Below, piece after piece: positions 62,283-64,000 of a DNA stretch of 64,000 nt. Both the position numbers and the translations under genes were made by a program. Source of the stretch: Callorhinchus milii (lineage: Eukaryota); the NCBI RefSeq assembly GCF_018977255.1, contig NW_024704743.1, positions 25,050,001 to 25,114,000 on the forward strand. Direction: 5' to 3'. Position 1 is the stretch's first letter. Each line of letters starts with the position of its first letter. Under the pieces are notes generated by a model. The model saw only the letters and a program-made list of their open reading frames with translations. It was not told where the DNA came from and ran no database searches.

Positions 62283-63126
62283 TCTGAATTAGTGAAGTGG
62301 AAGTGCTGAACAGAAAAGATTTACCACAATTGTATGTGCAGCCTTTGTACATGTTAGGCACCAAATGCAGGAGTTAATTAGTGAGCAACGCCGCAAAATT
62401 TGTGAGGCGCTGTGCCATAAAGCAAAATGTCTTTCCACATAATTGTATAAGAAACGCAATACGTGTCACGTATGTGGCTGGTATACATATCTCCCTCTGT
62501 GGTTCCACTTCCGATATTACCTGTAGTAAACCACTCCTGCCGGTGTGAAGTTTGACACTGTAGAAAACCACTGTTTATTGATGCAAAAACCATGAACTGC
62601 CTCTTATTTGAGAAAGCCTGGGTTCCTTAAAATGGAACGTTTCTTCTCGTCGGCTGTGTGGGTGAAGCTTCCCTAGATGCATTTCAATAAGGAAGTTTGC
62701 TCCGGTTTTGAATTCGTCACCAAAAGTATTTGAGTGAAATTACTGCCAAAACCTGCCTCCCTTTGAGCTGCAAACAACACCACAAATCTGTTGTACACTC
62801 AGAGTAATGTCCTGCAGTTCTTGGGGGGAAATGACCACTGCGAGTCTTCTATCTTTAACCAAATTACAGATACTAACATTTGTTACAGGTACTAAGGCTT
62901 TAACAGTGCAGGAAAGAGGCCCCTTAACCATAAAGCCGTAGAGCTTCCTCTCTTTCCCCCAAAAAGTGCAAGTGGGTGAGTGCAGGGGGTTGAGAATTGG
63001 CTAATTTAAACTTGTTAACAAATCATTCAGAAGTGTTTATTTTAAACGTCTATTTTTTTAAAAAAATTGGCAACATTTGTAAGTGGATTGAGTGTGTGTG
63101 TGCGTATGTGCTACACCTTGTTACAG

Positions 63127-63455
63127 AATAATATCAATTCTTGCATTTCATATATCACATCAAAACATCAAATTGCTTCACAGTAATTACTGTCAAGTGC
63201 AGTGACATTGTGTTTGTTGAATGCGACAGCCAATTGGCACTCATCAATGTCCCCAAAACAGCCAGGAGGTGGATGACCAATTTAACTGAGGATTAGTGGC
63301 TGGGATACCAGGAGAGACTCCCTTTTTCTTGCGTTGCAGGTTATCTTGAACAGGCAAACAAGACCACAATTTAATGCCTCTCCAACAATGTTATGCTCTC
63401 CAATACTACAGTATCAGCCATGAGTTCAAAGTCCCCAACACAAGACTTGAACCCA
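63127..63455 (-). mobile_element. Old SacSINE1-like SINE fragment
   Basis: Decayed tail, CAGCCAATTGGCAC, GATACCAGGAGAGACTCC and GACTTGAACCCAC. Confidence 0.55.
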
Positions 63456-63456
63456 C

Positions 63457-63925
63457 AACAACAACAAGATTACATTTGTATCGCGCCTTTCACGTCGGGA
63501 GGACGTCCCAAGGCGCTGGACAGAGTACAGCATTTCAGACCCGAGCTGGGGTTGGGGAGGTAAGGGAGGGAAGGGGAAGGGGGGTGGCCGATGGCATGGT
63601 CGAAGGGGAAGGTCTTGAGATGGGAGTTGAAGGAGGCTAAGGAGTGGTCGAGGCGGAGTGACTGGTAGATGGAATTCCAGAGGTTGGGGTTAGAGTGACA
63701 GCCTGTGGAGGGAGGAGTTGGGAAGGCGACAAGTAGGGCGTTTGCTTAGTCGAGGCTGGAGGTGATGAAGGCATGAACAAAAGTTTCAGCGACCTGAAGG
63801 GTGAGGTAGTGGCAGAGTCAGGCAATGTTATGGAGGTGAGGGAAGGCAGAGCAGGTCATGGCTTGAATGTGGGGGAGAAAAGATAGTTGAGGGTCGAATA
63901 AGACACCCAGGTTCCTGACGGACTA
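63457..63925 (-). mobile_element. L2 LINE 3' fragment with an internal deletion
   Basis: (AAC)n tail and CACGTCGGGAGGACGTCCCAAGGCGC; closely matches 13204-13850 but lacks ~290 bp between CCAGAGGTTGGGG and CAGCCTGTGGAGG. Confidence 0.87.
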
Positions 63926-64000
63926 AGGTGCGAGAGGCTTAACAATTGAACCAGTCTGATTTCTGATAGAAGTCTGAAAACCACCTCAGTGATCATAATA

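Noticed and set aside
40873..64000. ZNRF2 exon 2 (FKCPVCSK zinc finger) and RING exons
   Set aside because: I found no matching spliceable segment by eye; they probably lie beyond the window, although a missed short exon cannot be excluded without tBLASTn.

Overview
Vertebrate genomic DNA, almost certainly from a cartilaginous fish and most likely a holocephalan (chimaera/elephant shark), judged from its repeats: tRNA-Ala-headed SINEs with CORE-like and Deu-like segments, older SacSINE1-like elements, L2-clade LINE fragments and shark-type CR1 tails. Two real genes are visible, both on the + strand. MTURN (maturin) contributes its last two coding exons (18912-19034, 20056-20166) and a ~2 kb 3' UTR; its first exon was not found in the window. 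ZNRF2 contributes its first coding exon (39339-39789); later exons were not found. This order matches human MTURN-ZNRF2. ZNRF2 exon 1 sits in ~5.7 kb of simple and compound repeats with a 30-N assembly gap. Almost all other ORFs in the supplied track are artefacts of repeats or low-complexity DNA. I found no new protein-coding system. The most interesting signals are: a readable SINE subfamily series ending in adoption of the L2 partner's 3' stem-loop, several nested insertions, a template-switch inverted duplication at the YADD motif of an L2 reverse transcriptase, a TA-flanked pogo/Tigger-type MITE, and the unusual repeat architecture around the ZNRF2 promoter. Repeat boundaries were read by eye and are approximate (about +/-10-30 bp).
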